A stretch of DNA of 64,000 nucleotides from Octopus vulgaris (lineage: Eukaryota): assembly GCA_951406725.2 (NCBI GenBank), contig OX597820.1:81034001-81098000 (forward strand), given 5' to 3'. The stretch's first letter is position 1. Every line of letters starts with the position of its first letter. A program made the position numbers and the translations under genes. Positions 50,689 through 64,000 of this stretch are shown one piece after another. The notes under the pieces were generated by a model. That model was not told the origin of the DNA, ran no database searches, and was given only the letters and a program-made list of their open reading frames with translations.

Positions 50689-50984
50689 GGCAATTTATAT
50701 TTGTTAAATTATATTTCAACTTTCCTCCATACTGATTATGACTAACTTTGTTAATATGTATCACAGCAGTGATCCAACTAGATAGTTTTTACTAATACAA
50801 AATCTTTGAAACTACTGAACCATAATGGCAGTTCTACAGAGCCATTAATCCTTATGTCAGCTATTAACCACTTTTAAAAGTGAAGCAATAAGAAATAAGT
50901 AAAAGCTAAATTCTTATCTGACAAATCCTGTTATTCTGAATAAAAGATATGCTTCAAACATACATAAAATACATAAGTCTAAAC

Positions 50985-51308
50985 AATAGGTTCTCAAAAT
51001 GGACGCCCCCCCTCCCGGTGGGTGTCGAGACAGTTCAGGTGGGTGCTGGTCATAAGGGGGGGCGGTAGAGAAAAGGGAGGCGTTAGGAGGAAGGCAGTGG
51101 ATTGGGAGATGCTATGAATTTATTATAATATTATTATAGTATTGTATACAAATTATATAATATAATATTAAATATCAAATGATTCATAGTATATATAAAT
51201 TAGTAAAACATGAAATATTTATTTATACATAAAAATAGGGGTGGGGGCGCTGAGGGTATTATGTGGCCATGAGGAGGAGTGGTGGCCCAAAATGTTAGAG
51301 AACCTCTG
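50985..51308. mobile_element. hAT-Charlie-like MITE
   Basis: Termini AATAGGTTCTC / GAGAACCTCTG; 8-bp TSD GTCTAAAC / ATCTAAAC. Confidence 0.7.
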
Positions 51309-51813
51309 ATCTAAACAAACACACACACACATGCATGTGTTTGTATGTATTTATACATATATATTTGTATGTATGTATGTATGTATGTGTGTATACATAT
51401 ATATCTTTTCATCTTTTACTAGTTTCAATCATTAAACTGACGTTTTGCTGAGGCATCAGCTTGAAAAATTTTAGAACAAATTGACCCGAGTACTTATTTA
51501 TTATTATGCCTGGTACTTATTCTATCAGTCTCTTTTGGTGAACCACTAAGTTATGGGGATGTAAACACACCAACACTGGTTGTCAAGTGGGGTGGGGGTG
51601 GGGGAAACAAATACTGACACAAAGACACACACACAAATGGGCATCTTCCAGTTTTTGCCTATGAAATCCACTCACAAGGCTTTAGTCGGCCCAAGGCAAT
51701 AGTGGAAGACACAAACCCAAGGTGCAATGCAATGTAGTAGGTCTGAATCCAGAGCCATATGGTTGGGAAGCAAACTTCTTACCATACAGTCACACTTGTG
51801 CCTATATATATAT

Positions 51814-51852
<39 letters not shown>

Positions 51853-51959
51853 CACCAGAATAAGCACATAAATGTGAAACAAGGTGGAAAAATAGTACTC
51901 AAATACCAGAGGTAGAGTAATATGCTTTTTAATAAAGTATATATATATATTCGTCATGA

Positions 51960-54900
51960 ACCCCAAGTCTTTCACAAAAATACAAAAATACGTTGGAATT
52001 TAATCATGTATAACAACAACAACAATGCAAACAACAATAACTGCAGCAACAACAACAACAACACAAGCATTAATGACTGCCACAGCAACAACAACAACAA
52101 CCGTAGCAACAACAACAATACGAACAGCAGCAACAATAGCAAAAAACAAACACATGAACACAAGCAACAGATACAAATACAAAAACAGAGAAAAAATCGA
52201 ATACAACAACAACAACAATAACAGGAGGAATAGACACACAGACACACACAGATGACCGTAGGCACAAGGACACGAATAAAAGTAGGGTCATGGGGGAGAG
52301 TAAAGTTGAATGCTACAGAATTCTTGGACAGGGTTCAGTAGACTTGAACCAGAAAACACTGCTGCTAGTAGAAACATTGCAGCAACCACAACAGGAAGAA
52401 CCGTAGGGACCAACTGGCAGACATAACAAGCAACACTAATACCAACAACACATACACCGACACCAGGTACATAGCGATAATCAGAGAGATAGTAATAGTG
52501 GTAGTCGTAGTAGCAGTAGTAGTGGTGGTGATGGTGGTGGGGTTGATGATGGTTGCAGTAGTGGTAGTAGTGGTAGTGAGGAAGATAACCCTAGAAGGGC
52601 CAACAATATGAATACCCACCCCCTTGACACATATGTGACAAATCTTACAGCATGAGTTGCATTTACCCGACAATACTACCCTTTAACAAAAGGGTCTGCA
52701 TCCCTAGACATACTAGTGACCGCATGGAAGTACAATTCACTATAGCTAGGACCAAACTTAGACAGATTTTAGAACTATACACTAAGAGACAGAATAAGAC
52801 AGAGGCCCAACAACTCGGGAATATACTCGCATGTAGCCTGGTGGTATGCTTCCCCACAGATAAGTCTGGCAGGATGTCGATAGACAGCTTGCCGAACTAC
52901 ATCCAGGCAATGCAACCTCACATCGCAAATATGAAAGTAACAACTTCACAGGCACATGAGGAGAGAGAAAAGGTCCTCAATGCCCACATGATGAAATGGA
53001 CAATTGTTCTTTGACCTCAGAAACACACAGCCAACAATTTCCAAGCCTGGAACAATAATATCTCGATGCTGTATAGACTCTGCAAGGACCACAAAATAAC
53101 CACTGATCCAGCGGTGGGACCACGAACAAGACCAGTCTACAGAGTGAATATCGCTAGCAACTACAGCATCTCCTACTTCCTCTCAATAATCATACACCCC
53201 ATAATCCAGATGTCATCTAATGTTTGTGAGAGAACGGAAGATCTCCCCAACAAGATCAACAACTGTAACAAGACCTGCGACCTAGCAGGATGTATAGTGG
53301 GTATATTCCTATACCAGATGTAGATTTTGTGGTGAAGTGCGTGGAAATGATCAGCGAGGGCGAAGTGGAGTTCCGCAAAGTCAACACAGAGGAACTGGGC
53401 CTCCTACTTAGACTGACATATGACAATGAATATCTAGACAAACATGACCTTAGAAGTTTCTGCCCCAGTAGACGTTTAAGAGGTAGACCACCCACAATTA
53501 CATCTATGGCTAAGAAGACCCCTGTAGAGAGATGGAGCAGATGGACCAGAGCCATACAGACCCACCCACCCAAAACGAATATCAAGTAAAAAAAATGATC
53601 ACACATGCGCAAGGAGCTAGTATAAGAGTTACTCTCAAAGGCCACACGTTTAAGTTTAACAACAAAATATATGCCCCGGATGAGGGGGCAGCCATCAGGG
53701 TTAGTATCGCTGGTGATGTGTCCAACCTTTTAATGGTATGGTGGGACAGGAGGCTTAAAGAACACCTGACGCAGAACTCCATACTCATGAACATGTACTC
53801 TCACTATGTCAATGATATCAACATAGTGGTAAAGGCTACCCCACTAGAAAGTACTCTTGAAATAGAAACTATACAATGGAAAGCACCCAGCAAATAGCTA
53901 ACTCCACCCAGCAGAGTATTAAGGTCATGATAGACTACCCTACAAAACACACTAACCATAGACTACCAGTACTAGATATAGAACTCTGGCTGGAAACTGT
54001 GAATAATAAAACTCAAATCCTTCATTCACACTATGCCAAACCTATGGCCTCCAAATACCTGATCCACCGGAACTAAGCTATCATGGACAATGCCAAATTC
54101 AATATATTGATGGCAGACCTCATCAGAGTAATGAGAAATGTGTCCTGCATGTGTGACCCTACAGAGTTAAAGAGACACATACAACTTTGTTCACCGCATG
54201 CAGTTCTCAGCAGACAGCCATAGAGAAAGGATCAGAGTATACAAAGGAACCATGAGGAAATTTGAAACTATTGTATGTAATGATAGGAATGGGATTTGCC
54301 CACTCTATAGGAGCAAGTTGTGGAAAACTATTAAAAGGACTAAGAAGAAAATAGGGAAGACCAACTCATGGTATGATAGCCACAAATACCAGAGTGTCAT
54401 GTTCGTTGACACCACCCCTAGAGGCAAACTGGCATACCACTTTAGAAGGGCCCTAGACAAACTTAAACTAAGAATTAAGGTTGTAGAAAAGCCAGGCAAC
54501 CCTATCAAATCCCTAATCAGTAGAACCTACCCTTTTAGAAGAACCCCTTGTACTGATAGGAACTGTATTCAATGTAGATTTAGCCCACAAACTGTAAAGC
54601 TAGGAATGTAGTCTATAGTATAAGATATACAGAGGGACAGTGCAGTAACAAGACAATGATGTATGTAGGGGAGACAGCACGGCGCATAGGGGAGTGGGTA
54701 AATGAATATTAGAGAGAACTTAAGGAAGAGAAGAGCTCATCTGTTTTGTACCAGCATGCCGAGCAGGAACACGGGGTGGGGGGAGGGGCTCACTTAACAA
54801 CACAGAAGGTAAAATCTTGTCCACAGATTGAACAGACACAATGCTTAGACAAATTACGGAAGCTATACACACAACAGAAAATAAACCTAGCCTGAATAGG

Positions 54901-55368
54901 TAACTAGAATGGAACACTAGCACACACACCCCCAACACACCACAACCTATGTCAGAATAAGATCCCCATAAACTGATAATAATATGAATATAATACAATA
55001 AACAGATAAACAAAGGGAATTAAATAACTATATACATTAACAAAGTAAATTAAATTAAATACAAAAAATAGAAAGAAAAGAAAATGTAAGTAGATATAAA
55101 CAAATGAATAAAATAAATAAAAGTAAATTAAATGAACATGTATAAACAGGAGATACTGATAATGCAGACACACTCCTCACACACACACTAAACATAGACA
55201 CACACAGAAAGCAAGAAAGCAAAGGACCACTGATGAGGTCACGGAAGTGTGACAAAAGAACTCTGGCCGAAATACAATTAATATAAAATAAAGCTGAAGC
55301 AAGTGAACACCAAATATATAGTTTGTGTGTTTTTATTGGCTAAACTGGCAACATGACGATCCCCAAGC

Positions 55369-55370
<2 letters not shown>
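51960..55370 (+). mobile_element. Penelope-like retroelement (RT + GIY-YIG), frameshifted, with a hammerhead in the 3' pLTR (55224-55268)
   Basis: FKFNNKIY...GAAI...IAGDVSNLLM, HYVNDI (YVDD-like), LPVLDIELW, C..C, NVVYSI and MYVGETARR. 3' GGACCA-CTGATGAG-GTC...GAC-AAAAG-AA-CTC-TGGCC with G12 mutated. The 5' low-complexity (AAC)n part makes the 5' boundary uncertain. Confidence 0.88.
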
Positions 55371-55399
<29 letters not shown>

Positions 55400-55421
<22 letters not shown>

Positions 55422-55602
55422 GGTGGCATGTAAAAAACACCCACTACACTCGCGGAGTGGTTGGCGTTAGGAAGGGCATCCAGCCGTAGAAACACTGCCA
55501 GATCTGACTGGGCCTGATGAAGCCTTCCAGCTTCACAGACCCCAGTTGACCCGTCCAACCCATGCTAGCATGGAAAGCGGACGCTAAATGATGATGATGA
55601 TG
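55400..55602 (+). mobile_element. RTE LINE 3'UTR copy
   Basis: Conserved body and (GAT)n tail. Confidence 0.85.
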
Positions 55603-55611
55603 ATATATAGG

Positions 55612-55767
55612 CACAGGCATGGCTGTGTAGTAAGAAGCTTGCTTCTCAACCACATGCTTCTGAGTTCAGTCTCATTGTGTGGCACCTTAAGCAAGTGTCT
55701 TCTATTACAGCCTCGGGCTGACCAAAGCCTTGTGAGAGGATTTGACAAATGGAAACTGAAAGAAACC

Positions 55768-55817
<50 letters not shown>

Positions 55818-55902
55818 ATATCTATATCTATCTATCTCTATATATATATCTATATCTATCTATCTATATATCTATCTATATCTATCTTTCTATATATCTA
55901 TC

Positions 55903-55938
<36 letters not shown>

Positions 55939-56130
55939 GATATATATACATATATTTATGTGTGTATGTGTGTTGTTCCTGTAACTTAGTGGTTTGGCAA
56001 AGGGGGCTGATAGAATAAGTACTAGGCTTACAAAGAATAAGTCCAGGTGTTGATTTCTTCAACTAAAATCCTTTTAAGGTGGTGCTCCAGCATGGCAGCA
56101 GTCAAATGACTGAAACAAGTAAAAGAATAT
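55612..56130 (+). mobile_element. Full-length CORE-like tRNA-SINE (family 2) with an expanded internal microsatellite
   Basis: CAGGCATGGCTGTGTAGTAAGAAGC (A box), GAGTTCAGTCTC (B box), CACCTTAAGCAAGTGTCTT, internal (TA/TATC)n, 3' TGACTGAAACAAGTAAAAG. Confidence 0.85.
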
Positions 56131-56147
56131 AAATATATATAGTAAGA

Positions 56148-57401
56148 GAGAGAAAGAGGTAAGATGAAAAACCTTAGAAGATTTGTTTTACAAGATTTAA
56201 GGGTATATTAGAGCCATAATAAAGATATACAATTCTGTACAAAATAAGGTTTTGTTCTTTCAACATAATTGAAGTAAGGACCAGTTTTGCATTACTCATC
56301 ACACTGAGAGTTGAAAGAGATAAACAGCTAGGGAAAAAAATTATTGCTAGGGGAGATAACTGTTCACTCATTTATTTTGCAGTAAAGTGTAGGTAAATCT
56401 GTAATTTCTATTTTTTTTTGTGTTCTTTGCTTTATTCTGGCTAACCTCTTCCATTAGATGGGATAAGTCCTTTATTTTTAATATGGTTTCATATTTAATT
56501 CTGGTTTATATTTTTGGATAAATGAGGCTTCTTTAATCAGTCTTACTTGTGTTGAAGTCCAGAAAGCAAGTTGATAAAATGGGAAAATTTAAAATTGTGG
56601 TTGTAATTGTTCTGCACATTCATCAATGTGTTGACTGAGGTATATTTGGCGGCATTGTGGGAAGATATTTGTTGTCTGTGGATCATACAACTTTATCGAA
56701 TCAAATTTCCTGTTGACCCAATATAATTTTGATGGCAACCCGAGCATCTAATTACATAAATGAGGTTTTGGGAGGCGCGAGTGAACTTAGATTTGATCTT
56801 GAGTATTTGTCCTTCTCAGAAATGGAATTCCAATCCTTCCAACAGATTGGAATGTGTTCCGCACTTTATGACACTTGCGTCTGTTTTTCTAAAGAATAGT
56901 TTAGCATTGGTGAGCATTTTCATCAATGTTTTAGGCTGTTTGCTGCTCTTAGTGATTTTATGGTTACATAGAATCCTCTTAAATTTGGGGTCCCTATGGA
57001 GTATCGAAAGATTTTGGATGATGATATTGAATGTTTCTTTGTTTCTGGGGTTGAATGCAAAGATGTGTTGTTGTGTTTGGCCTTTCTTAATGTTTTAATA
57101 TTAATCGATTTTGCACGTTTTATGACTTGAGTTGGGTAGTTCATGTCCTGGAGTACATTTTTAAGCTCTTGCAATCTTAGTTCTCTGGTATTTTTTTCAG
57201 ATACTATTTCCCTAGCAATTTATCACCTTTCAACTCTCAGTGTGATGAGCAATGTGAAAACCAGTCCTTACTTTAATTATGTTGAAAGAATTCAACCTTA
57301 TTTTGTACAAAATTGTATAATATCTTTATTATCAAGGTTCTAATATACTCTTAAGTCCTGTAAAACAAATCTTCTATGTTTTTTCATCTTATCTGTTTCT
57401 C
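56148..57401 (-). mobile_element. 5'-truncated Penelope-like element with inverted pLTRs
   Basis: Inverted ~190-bp repeats 56148-56334 and 57208-57401 flank minus-strand GIY-YIG remnants (NLIYVI, NYIGSTG, EASFIQKYKPELN). Degenerate hammerhead GTGATGAGCAATGTGAAAACCAGTC in the repeat. Confidence 0.82.
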
Positions 57402-57471
57402 TACTAGTATATCTACCATGTGTGTTTCCCCACTAAAATATTTTCTACCATATAAATATATATATATATAT

Positions 57472-57815
57472 TATAATAAATTAGAGACAAAACCACTATT
57501 ATGCAAATCAAACAAAGAAAGACTTAAGCCAATACATAAAATATAAAATAATTTATATAAATTAAAATTTAACAAATGAATAACCACTACGATTGTTTCG
57601 TGTCAGCACATCTTAGACTTCATAGTTTATAACTCGCTAAGAAGGTTTAGAAACCACTTGAAGAATGTCTAAGATGTGCTGACACGAAACGATCGTAGTG
57701 GTTATTCATTTGTTAAATTTTAATTTATATGAATTATTTTATATTTTATGTATTGGCTTAAGTCTTTCTTTGTTTGATTTGCATAATAGTGGTTTTGTCT
57801 CTAATTTATTATAAT
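57472..57815 (+). ncRNA. Near-perfect ~345-bp palindrome containing a minimal type I hammerhead (57652-57703)
   Basis: ~147-bp arms around a ~48-nt spacer. AACCAC-TTGAAGA-A-TGTC...GACA-C-GAAAC-GATC-GTA-GTGGTT has stem I, stem II and a palindromic stem III; C3U variant. Confidence 0.75.
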
Positions 57816-57895
57816 ATAATATTTTATTATAAAATTGGATTCAATCTTAAATCTGATTTTCTCTTGTAAATTTGGATTTATTCCCTAATATTTAT

Positions 57896-57931
<36 letters not shown>

Positions 57932-58274
57932 ATATATAAGTAGGATTCAGTTGAATTAAGAACTTAAATTGAGGCACCTCATTAGGTCAGAATAATATAC
58001 ACACATAATATTATGTAAATATCAAACTTAGTACATAAGCACAGCCAAATGATATTCCTGCAGCGTATGTAGGCAATTAGACTCAGCTGAGTGAAGAAAT
58101 CTGCTCTTGAGCTATTCAGATATGTACATTATATTAATTATACAATCCATAATATTTACGAAGGACAGATTCTGAGATAGGTGAATAAAATATAAATGAG
58201 TAACAGTAAAGGTACAGGCATCAATCCATTATGGCAGTTTCCAACAACTTCTTTAATTGATTAATGAAATCATT

Positions 58275-58930
58275 GAAGATAAGTGTGTGAAAAAGTGCCA
58301 CACCCTAGTGCTTGAGGGAACCTGTGGAAGAGGCAGACCCAGGAAAACCTGGGACGAGGTGGTGAAGCACGACCTTCGAACTTTAGGTCTCACCGAGGAA
58401 ATGACTAGAGACTGAGACCTTTGGAAGTATGCTGTGCATGAGAAGACCCGGCAGGACAAGTGAGACCATAACCCATGGCCTCTACCTGGGATATAGCCAG
58501 TCCACTTATGCATACCTTTCCTTCTTAGGACACAAAACTCTACTTGTGAAGACCTGTTGAGGCAAGTGAAAATCAAAATCAAAATCGATCAACATCAATG
58601 GAAATTGCAGCTGTGACACCAGTGCCAGTGGTACATAAAAAGCACCATCCAAATGTGGCCATTGCCAGCGCCGCCCCGACTGGCCTCATGCCGGTGGCAT
58701 GTAAAAAGCACCATCCGATTGTGGCTGTTGCCAGCCTCACCTGGCACCTGTGCCGGTGGCATGTAAAAGCACCCACTACATTCACGGAGTGGTTGGCGTT
58801 AGGAAGAGCATCCAGCCGTAGAAACATTGCCAGATCAGACTGGGCCTGGTGCAGCCTTCTGGCTTCCCAGACTCCAGTTGAACCATCCAACCCATGCTAG
58901 CATGGAAAGCGGACGCTAAACGATGATGAT
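58275..58930 (+). mobile_element. RTE LINE 3' end linking the ORF C-terminus to the abundant (GAT)n-tailed repeat
   Basis: EGTCGRGRPRKTWDEVVKHDLRTLGLTEEMTRD...EKTRQDK*, then the UTR with subrepeats and CATGGAAAGCGGACGCTAAACGATGATGAT. Confidence 0.9.
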
Positions 58931-59164
58931 TGCATCATTATAAAGAAACTGTTTCCGTCAGATGAATTTATGAACTTCAAAATAAAAGACATTCCAAATG
59001 ATTTAACAGTTTAAAATCCATACAGTAAAATATTTACAGTGATTCTGCTACTATTCCAGTAGACAGGAAAAAAAATAAAATAAAACCCATGCTAGCATGG
59101 AAAACGGACGCTAAACGATGATGATGATGATGATATATATATATATATATATATATGGATCATA

Positions 59165-59566
59165 GGGTGACCTGCTGTACTTGAGGAGACCTACTGAGTC
59201 AAGTACATCAACATCAAAACAAAAATCAAATGGAAATAGTAGTTGTGATACCCGTGCCAGTGGCATGTAAAAAACACCATCCAAACGTGGCCGATGCCAG
59301 TGCCATCTTGACTGGCATCGATGCCGGTGGCACGTAAAAAGCACCAACTGATCATGGCCATTGATAGCCTTCTCTGGCCCCTGTGCTGGTGGTACGTAAA
59401 AAGCAACCACTACACTCATGGAGTGGTTGGCGTAGGAAGGGCATCCAGCTGTTGAAACACTGCCAGATCAGACTGGAGCCTGGTGCCACCTCCTGGCTTC
59501 CCAGACCCCAGTTGAACCATCAAACCCATGCTAGCATGGAAACGGACGATAAACGATGATGATGAT
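59165..59566 (+). mobile_element. RTE LINE 3'UTR copy
   Basis: Conserved body and (GAT)n tail. Confidence 0.85.
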
Positions 59567-59710
59567 AGTGAAGCCATGTGGCTTAGTGGTTAGGATATTC
59601 AGCCCATGATTGTAAGGACCACTTGCACGTTAATTTCACAAGCAGGCTTTTCTGTTGATCGTATCAACTGATCAGCTGGGACTTTCATTGTTGTAACTGA
59701 CGGAGTAATC

Positions 59711-59757
<47 letters not shown>

Positions 59758-59789
59758 TAATTAAGGGTTTAGCTACAAGTTGCTTCACC

Positions 59790-60035
59790 ACATACCGAAA
59801 ATCTTTACTATCAATGATCTCCTGATATCTGTTACCACAGGAATGAATTAATTTCTTGCAAAATGATGGAGTAATATTGTTCCATTCGTTTTTCAATAAT
59901 TTCAAGAGTTCATCTTGGTTCTTTGGATTTCTCCTTTGCACCCTATCTCCAATAATCTTCGAAACGTTTTCTATAGGGTTTAGCATCTGTTGATCTGGAT
60001 GACTTAAAATGAGCCACGATTCATTACACAACACT
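59790..60035 (-). mobile_element. Tc1-like transposase C-terminal fragment
   Basis: LNPIENVSKIIGDRVQRRNPKNQDELLKLLKNEWNNITPSFCKKLIHSC matches the Tc1 LNPIEN..W motif region. Confidence 0.8.
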
Positions 60036-60199
60036 TCTAGACCTTCCTACAGTAGTTGCTATCACAGAATTTGACTTGCCCTCTTGGTGAAGGCACACAA
60101 TCCTTTGTTTCTCATCACAGGACACTGGTCATCTCTCGCAAGCTGCTATGTAGACAGTTGAGTGTTCCAATAATGTAAGATCATAAGAAGTAACTGTTA

Positions 60200-61122
60200 A
60201 CTCATTAACAGTCCACTGTCCATACTGATTTGAGTTGGATGGTTTGAACAGGACTGGCAAGCTCAGAGGCTGCACCAGACTCTAGTCTGATTTGGCATGG
60301 TTTCTACAGTGGAATGTCCTTTCTAATGCCAACCACTCTGAGAGTGTAATGTGTGTTTTTACGTGCCACCGGCATAGGTGCCAGTTTGTGTGACACTAAT
60401 ATCAACCACGAGTATGATCTCACTTGATGGATTGCCTTCTCAAGCACCTACCACATACAAAAACTTTTCTTTTTTTACCTTCCTTTGATATTGCTGCACC
60501 TATTATGTATCCATAGCTTACACTGGATACATCTGATGCAATTTCTACCTATGCCTTTTCTACACATCGAGCAGGGCTATCTACCAGAGAGCATTTGTGA
60601 TGTGTCTGCCTTCCTACTTATTAACACTTTGGTTTTGCTAGGTTGACTCTATGGCCTTCTATTCTAGACCTTGCTTCCACACCTGAAACTTCTCTAGTTC
60701 TGATAGTGATTCAACTATTAGAGCAAGGTCATCAGCATAGAGGAGCTCCCAGGGACAGCATGTCTTAAATTTCTGTTATTGCCTGGAAGACTATGAAGAA
60801 GAAGAGGGATTTGAGGACCAATCCTTGGTGAACCTCAGCTTGGACCCAGAATTCTTCACTATACTCATTGCCGACCCTCACCTTACTGACAGCATCCCTG
60901 TACATGACTTGTACAGCTCTCATCAACCACTCATCTTTCCCTAGTTTCCACACTGACTACCAGATAATGGATAAGAGATCCTGTCAGTGGCTTTCTCCAT
61001 GTCAACGAAAGCAAAGTACAGAGGCTTATCTTTGGCTAGGAATTTCTTCTGCAGCTGCCTTACCAGGAATATAGCATCAGTGGTGCTTCTCCCTGGCACA
61101 AACCCAAACTGCATCTCATCTG
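60200..61122 (-). mobile_element. RTE LINE fragment (RT and 3'UTR)
   Basis: Reverse-complement homologue of 14150-16060 (DEMQFGFVPGRSTTDAIFLVRQLQ; DEWLMRAVQVMYRDAVSKVRVGNEYSEEF). Confidence 0.88.
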
Positions 61123-61365
61123 ACCTGAGCCCTCGGAAAGATGAATTGTTTCAATTGTTGCGTGAAAAGTAGGCAGAAATTCCACAAGAGACAATCACAA
61201 AGCTCATCAGTTCAATGCCAAAAAGAGTTTCTGAATTAAAAATTGCAAAGGGAATGTTTACTAAATACTGAAGTATGTAGTCCTACCTATCGATCACATT
61301 TCAATTGTTTGCTTTGCGTATTAAATAAAAGATTTTGAAAATTAAAGGTGTCTATTTACTTTCTG
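61123..61365 (+). mobile_element. Tc1-like transposon 3' end
   Basis: KDELFQLLREK*AEIPQETITKLISSMPKRVSELKIAKGMFTKY* matches the Tc1 C-terminal SMP.R...KG..TKY motif. Confidence 0.75.
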
Positions 61366-64000
61366 CATGTCTATATGTATGTTTGTGTGTCTGTGTCTGT
61401 GCCCCCTCCATTGCTTGGAACTGGTGTGTTCACGTGGTTCAGCAAAAGAGAAGGATAGAATAAGTACTAGGCTTAGAAAGAATAGGTCTTGGGGTCAATT
61501 TGACTAAATGTTGTGCTCCAGCATGGCCACAGTAAAATAACTGAAACAAGTAAAAGAATCTATATATATATATATGATTGGCTTTTTTCAGTTTCCATCT
61601 ACCAAATCCTCTCAAAAGACTTTAGTTGGCCTGTGGTTATAGTAGAAGACACTTGCCCAAGGTACTGCCCTGTGGGACTGAACTCAAAATCATGTGGTTG
61701 GGAAGCAAGCTTCTTACCACACAGCCACTCCTGCACCTACACATATATGTATACATACACAGATACATACATACATACATATATATATGTGTGTGTATAT
61801 TTATATATATATATATACATGTGACTAGAATGTTAAAAAACTCTTACACTGCTAGAAGTGAGAGCTAAAGCACTCTAATCCTGTAGTTAATGCACATAAA
61901 TGAAAACATATACACTAACAGGGACCATAAGTGTTTGGGAAAATTCTGATCAAGAATTGTTAATACTGATGTCAGCCCGCTTGATTGTTTGACTTTTCCA
62001 GATCTGCTTCACTATTAGTATTTATCTTTCCATCATCCAAGCTATCGGATGATTTAGCAATTTGCTAATGTGTATATTTAATATTAATATAAACAGCTGT
62101 TTACAATGTTTCACCAGAAAGGAAGATTATAAATATCACTATAAATGTGACTAGGGTGTTAGGAAACACCTACATTGCTAGAAATAATAACCAAAGTGGT
62201 CTAATGCTGTAGTTAAAGCACATGAGTGTAAACATATATGCTAATAGAGATCATACACATACATTGGGTGTGTGTGTGATCAATAACGTTTATAACACTA
62301 GCACGGCTACTAATTGATATTTGGATTTATTCCTACATATGCACCATAGGGGCTTAACAACAAGTGGTTTTTACACTATTTTGCATATAGTCATGGACTG
62401 GTGATTCAGTTCATCTCCAATTCAGTCCAGGTACATGATGTTGATAAACCACAAAAATGGCAAAACATCAAGGTCCATTGCTCCTGAATGGAATTAGGGG
62501 TAAGTTGTCTTACCTGTCTATGACTTTCAGTTGTTTTAACATTCAGCACTTTAGGGGACTCATCCCCACCATTCTAAACCACAGTATACCGGCGAATAAG
62601 CAAAACACACAAACTGTGTAAGTGTGGTCAATAATGTTTACAACACCAGTACTGCTTCTAATTCATATTTGAATATACATATAATATATATAGATGCTTG
62701 TGTGTGTATGTATATGTGTGTTTGTGCAGACAATTCCCAGATGGTATAATGGCAGGTCTAATTATTTGTAAAGTCTTTTAATAGAATTAGATTCCTTTTG
62801 TTAAGCTTTAATTCCTATTTGAGCTAGGTTTTGGTTTGCATTTCCTTGACTGATTCACTAACCCAAAAGACATCTAATATCTTATAAAATCATGTTTCAC
62901 TGTGTTCATTCCCCTCCTCCACCATTCTTGCATATCTGTTATCTATATCATACAGAATAAATCCAATTCCAGCCAATGGTTTTGCAAAGTTTTGTAACAT
63001 TTTCATTGATATTGCTTTTGGAAATGTTTTTGTTTTACCTATTTCTTAATGTTTTTACCAGAATATACGACATTCATTGAAGACTAAGAAATAACCAAAA
63101 ATGTTGTTTATCAAAGATTGAAATGGGATTTTTGCTTGTACCGGTTGATTGCTAAAGGTATAATGGCTATCATACACATAATTTCCACAGAGAGTTTACA
63201 TACGTAAATATCAATTCCTTCAATCTCCATATTATTCCAAAATTGAAATCTGTCAGTAAACTTCTTTGTTTCTTTCTGTAGCACATTGCTTATATACATA
63301 CATACATACATATATACACACACACACACAAACACACACACAAACACACACACATATATATATATGCATTTGTATCCATATGTGTGTCTACGTGATTACA
63401 TGTATGTATTAAAAGAAAGGACCAAAGGTCCTTCCTGAGTAATAGGTCGTAAGGCCAGTTTCCTTGGATTCTGTAGCATATATTTATTTTGTGTGTGTAT
63501 GCATGTGTGTGCGTGCATGCGTGCGCATGCCTATGTATGGATATATTCATATGTATATGCTAACTCTCACCTGCTTCCAAGCAAGGTAATATTTTCTCAT
63601 ACCAAGATATGTTTTCCGAAGCGACTGAAACTGAGTGACACTGCTTGTATGATGACGACATACATTTGCAACTCTAGGGTGATGTCAAGACAAGATGGTA
63701 CACACACATGCAAACACGCGCACACACATACATATGATGAGCTTTTTTCAGTGCCTCTCTATTATATTTACTTGCAAGGGTTTGATTAGCCTGGGGCTGT
63801 GGTAGAAAACACCAGCTGAAGGTGGCATGTAGTAGAACTGAGCCCAAAACAAGCAGTGGAAAGTTATTTAAGACATGAAACAAGGATTCTGGAAAAGAAT
63901 GCTGAACATTTGAAATAATTTGTGACCATTTAAACTGTTACCATGAAAAAACAAATATTTGAGAGCAATTAAAAAAAAGGCAGAAAAGGAGAAAACTACA

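Noticed and set aside
51922-52673. Poly-N/Q/T or hydrophobic ORFs
   Set aside because: Derived from (AAC)n and (GTA/GTG)n low-complexity sequence at the 5' side of the Penelope-like element.
62514-62573. 60-nt minus-strand micro-exon (NGGDESPKVLNVKTTESHRQ) with a GTAAGA donor as an upstream caspase exon
   Set aside because: Only the phase 0-0 frame is open, while the next caspase exon needs phase 1. There is no caspase similarity and the acceptor is weak.

Overview
AT-rich, repeat-dense animal genomic DNA. The RTE/SINE/Penelope repertoire and the many (TA)n tracts resemble octopus (coleoid cephalopod) genomes; this is recognition, not proof. One host gene is well supported: the three 3' coding exons of a caspase-3/7-like effector caspase on the minus strand (49393-49568, 46101-46257, 26597-26844). 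They have canonical GT-AG sites, matching phases and the SHG, QACRG, SWR and GSWFI motifs; the 5' exons were not found and probably lie beyond 64000. The rest is mostly decayed transposable elements: Merlin, mariner/Tc1, RTE, CR1-like, R4-like and L1/Tx1 LINEs, Penelope-like elements, tRNA-SINEs and MITEs. The most unusual structure is a 2.8-kb array in the last caspase intron (34325-37109). It is a 32-bp satellite in seven alternating-orientation blocks, built as a three-fold higher-order repeat with A/T-tract spacers and long hairpins closed by a conserved 11-nt loop. Also notable are about seven minimal hammerhead-ribozyme motifs in Penelope-type repeats and palindromes, a Tx1-like LINE inserted next to a hammerhead, a candidate in-phase alternative caspase exon, and a CpG-decay gradient. 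Element boundaries are read by eye and approximate unless a TSD, TIR or splice site is quoted.
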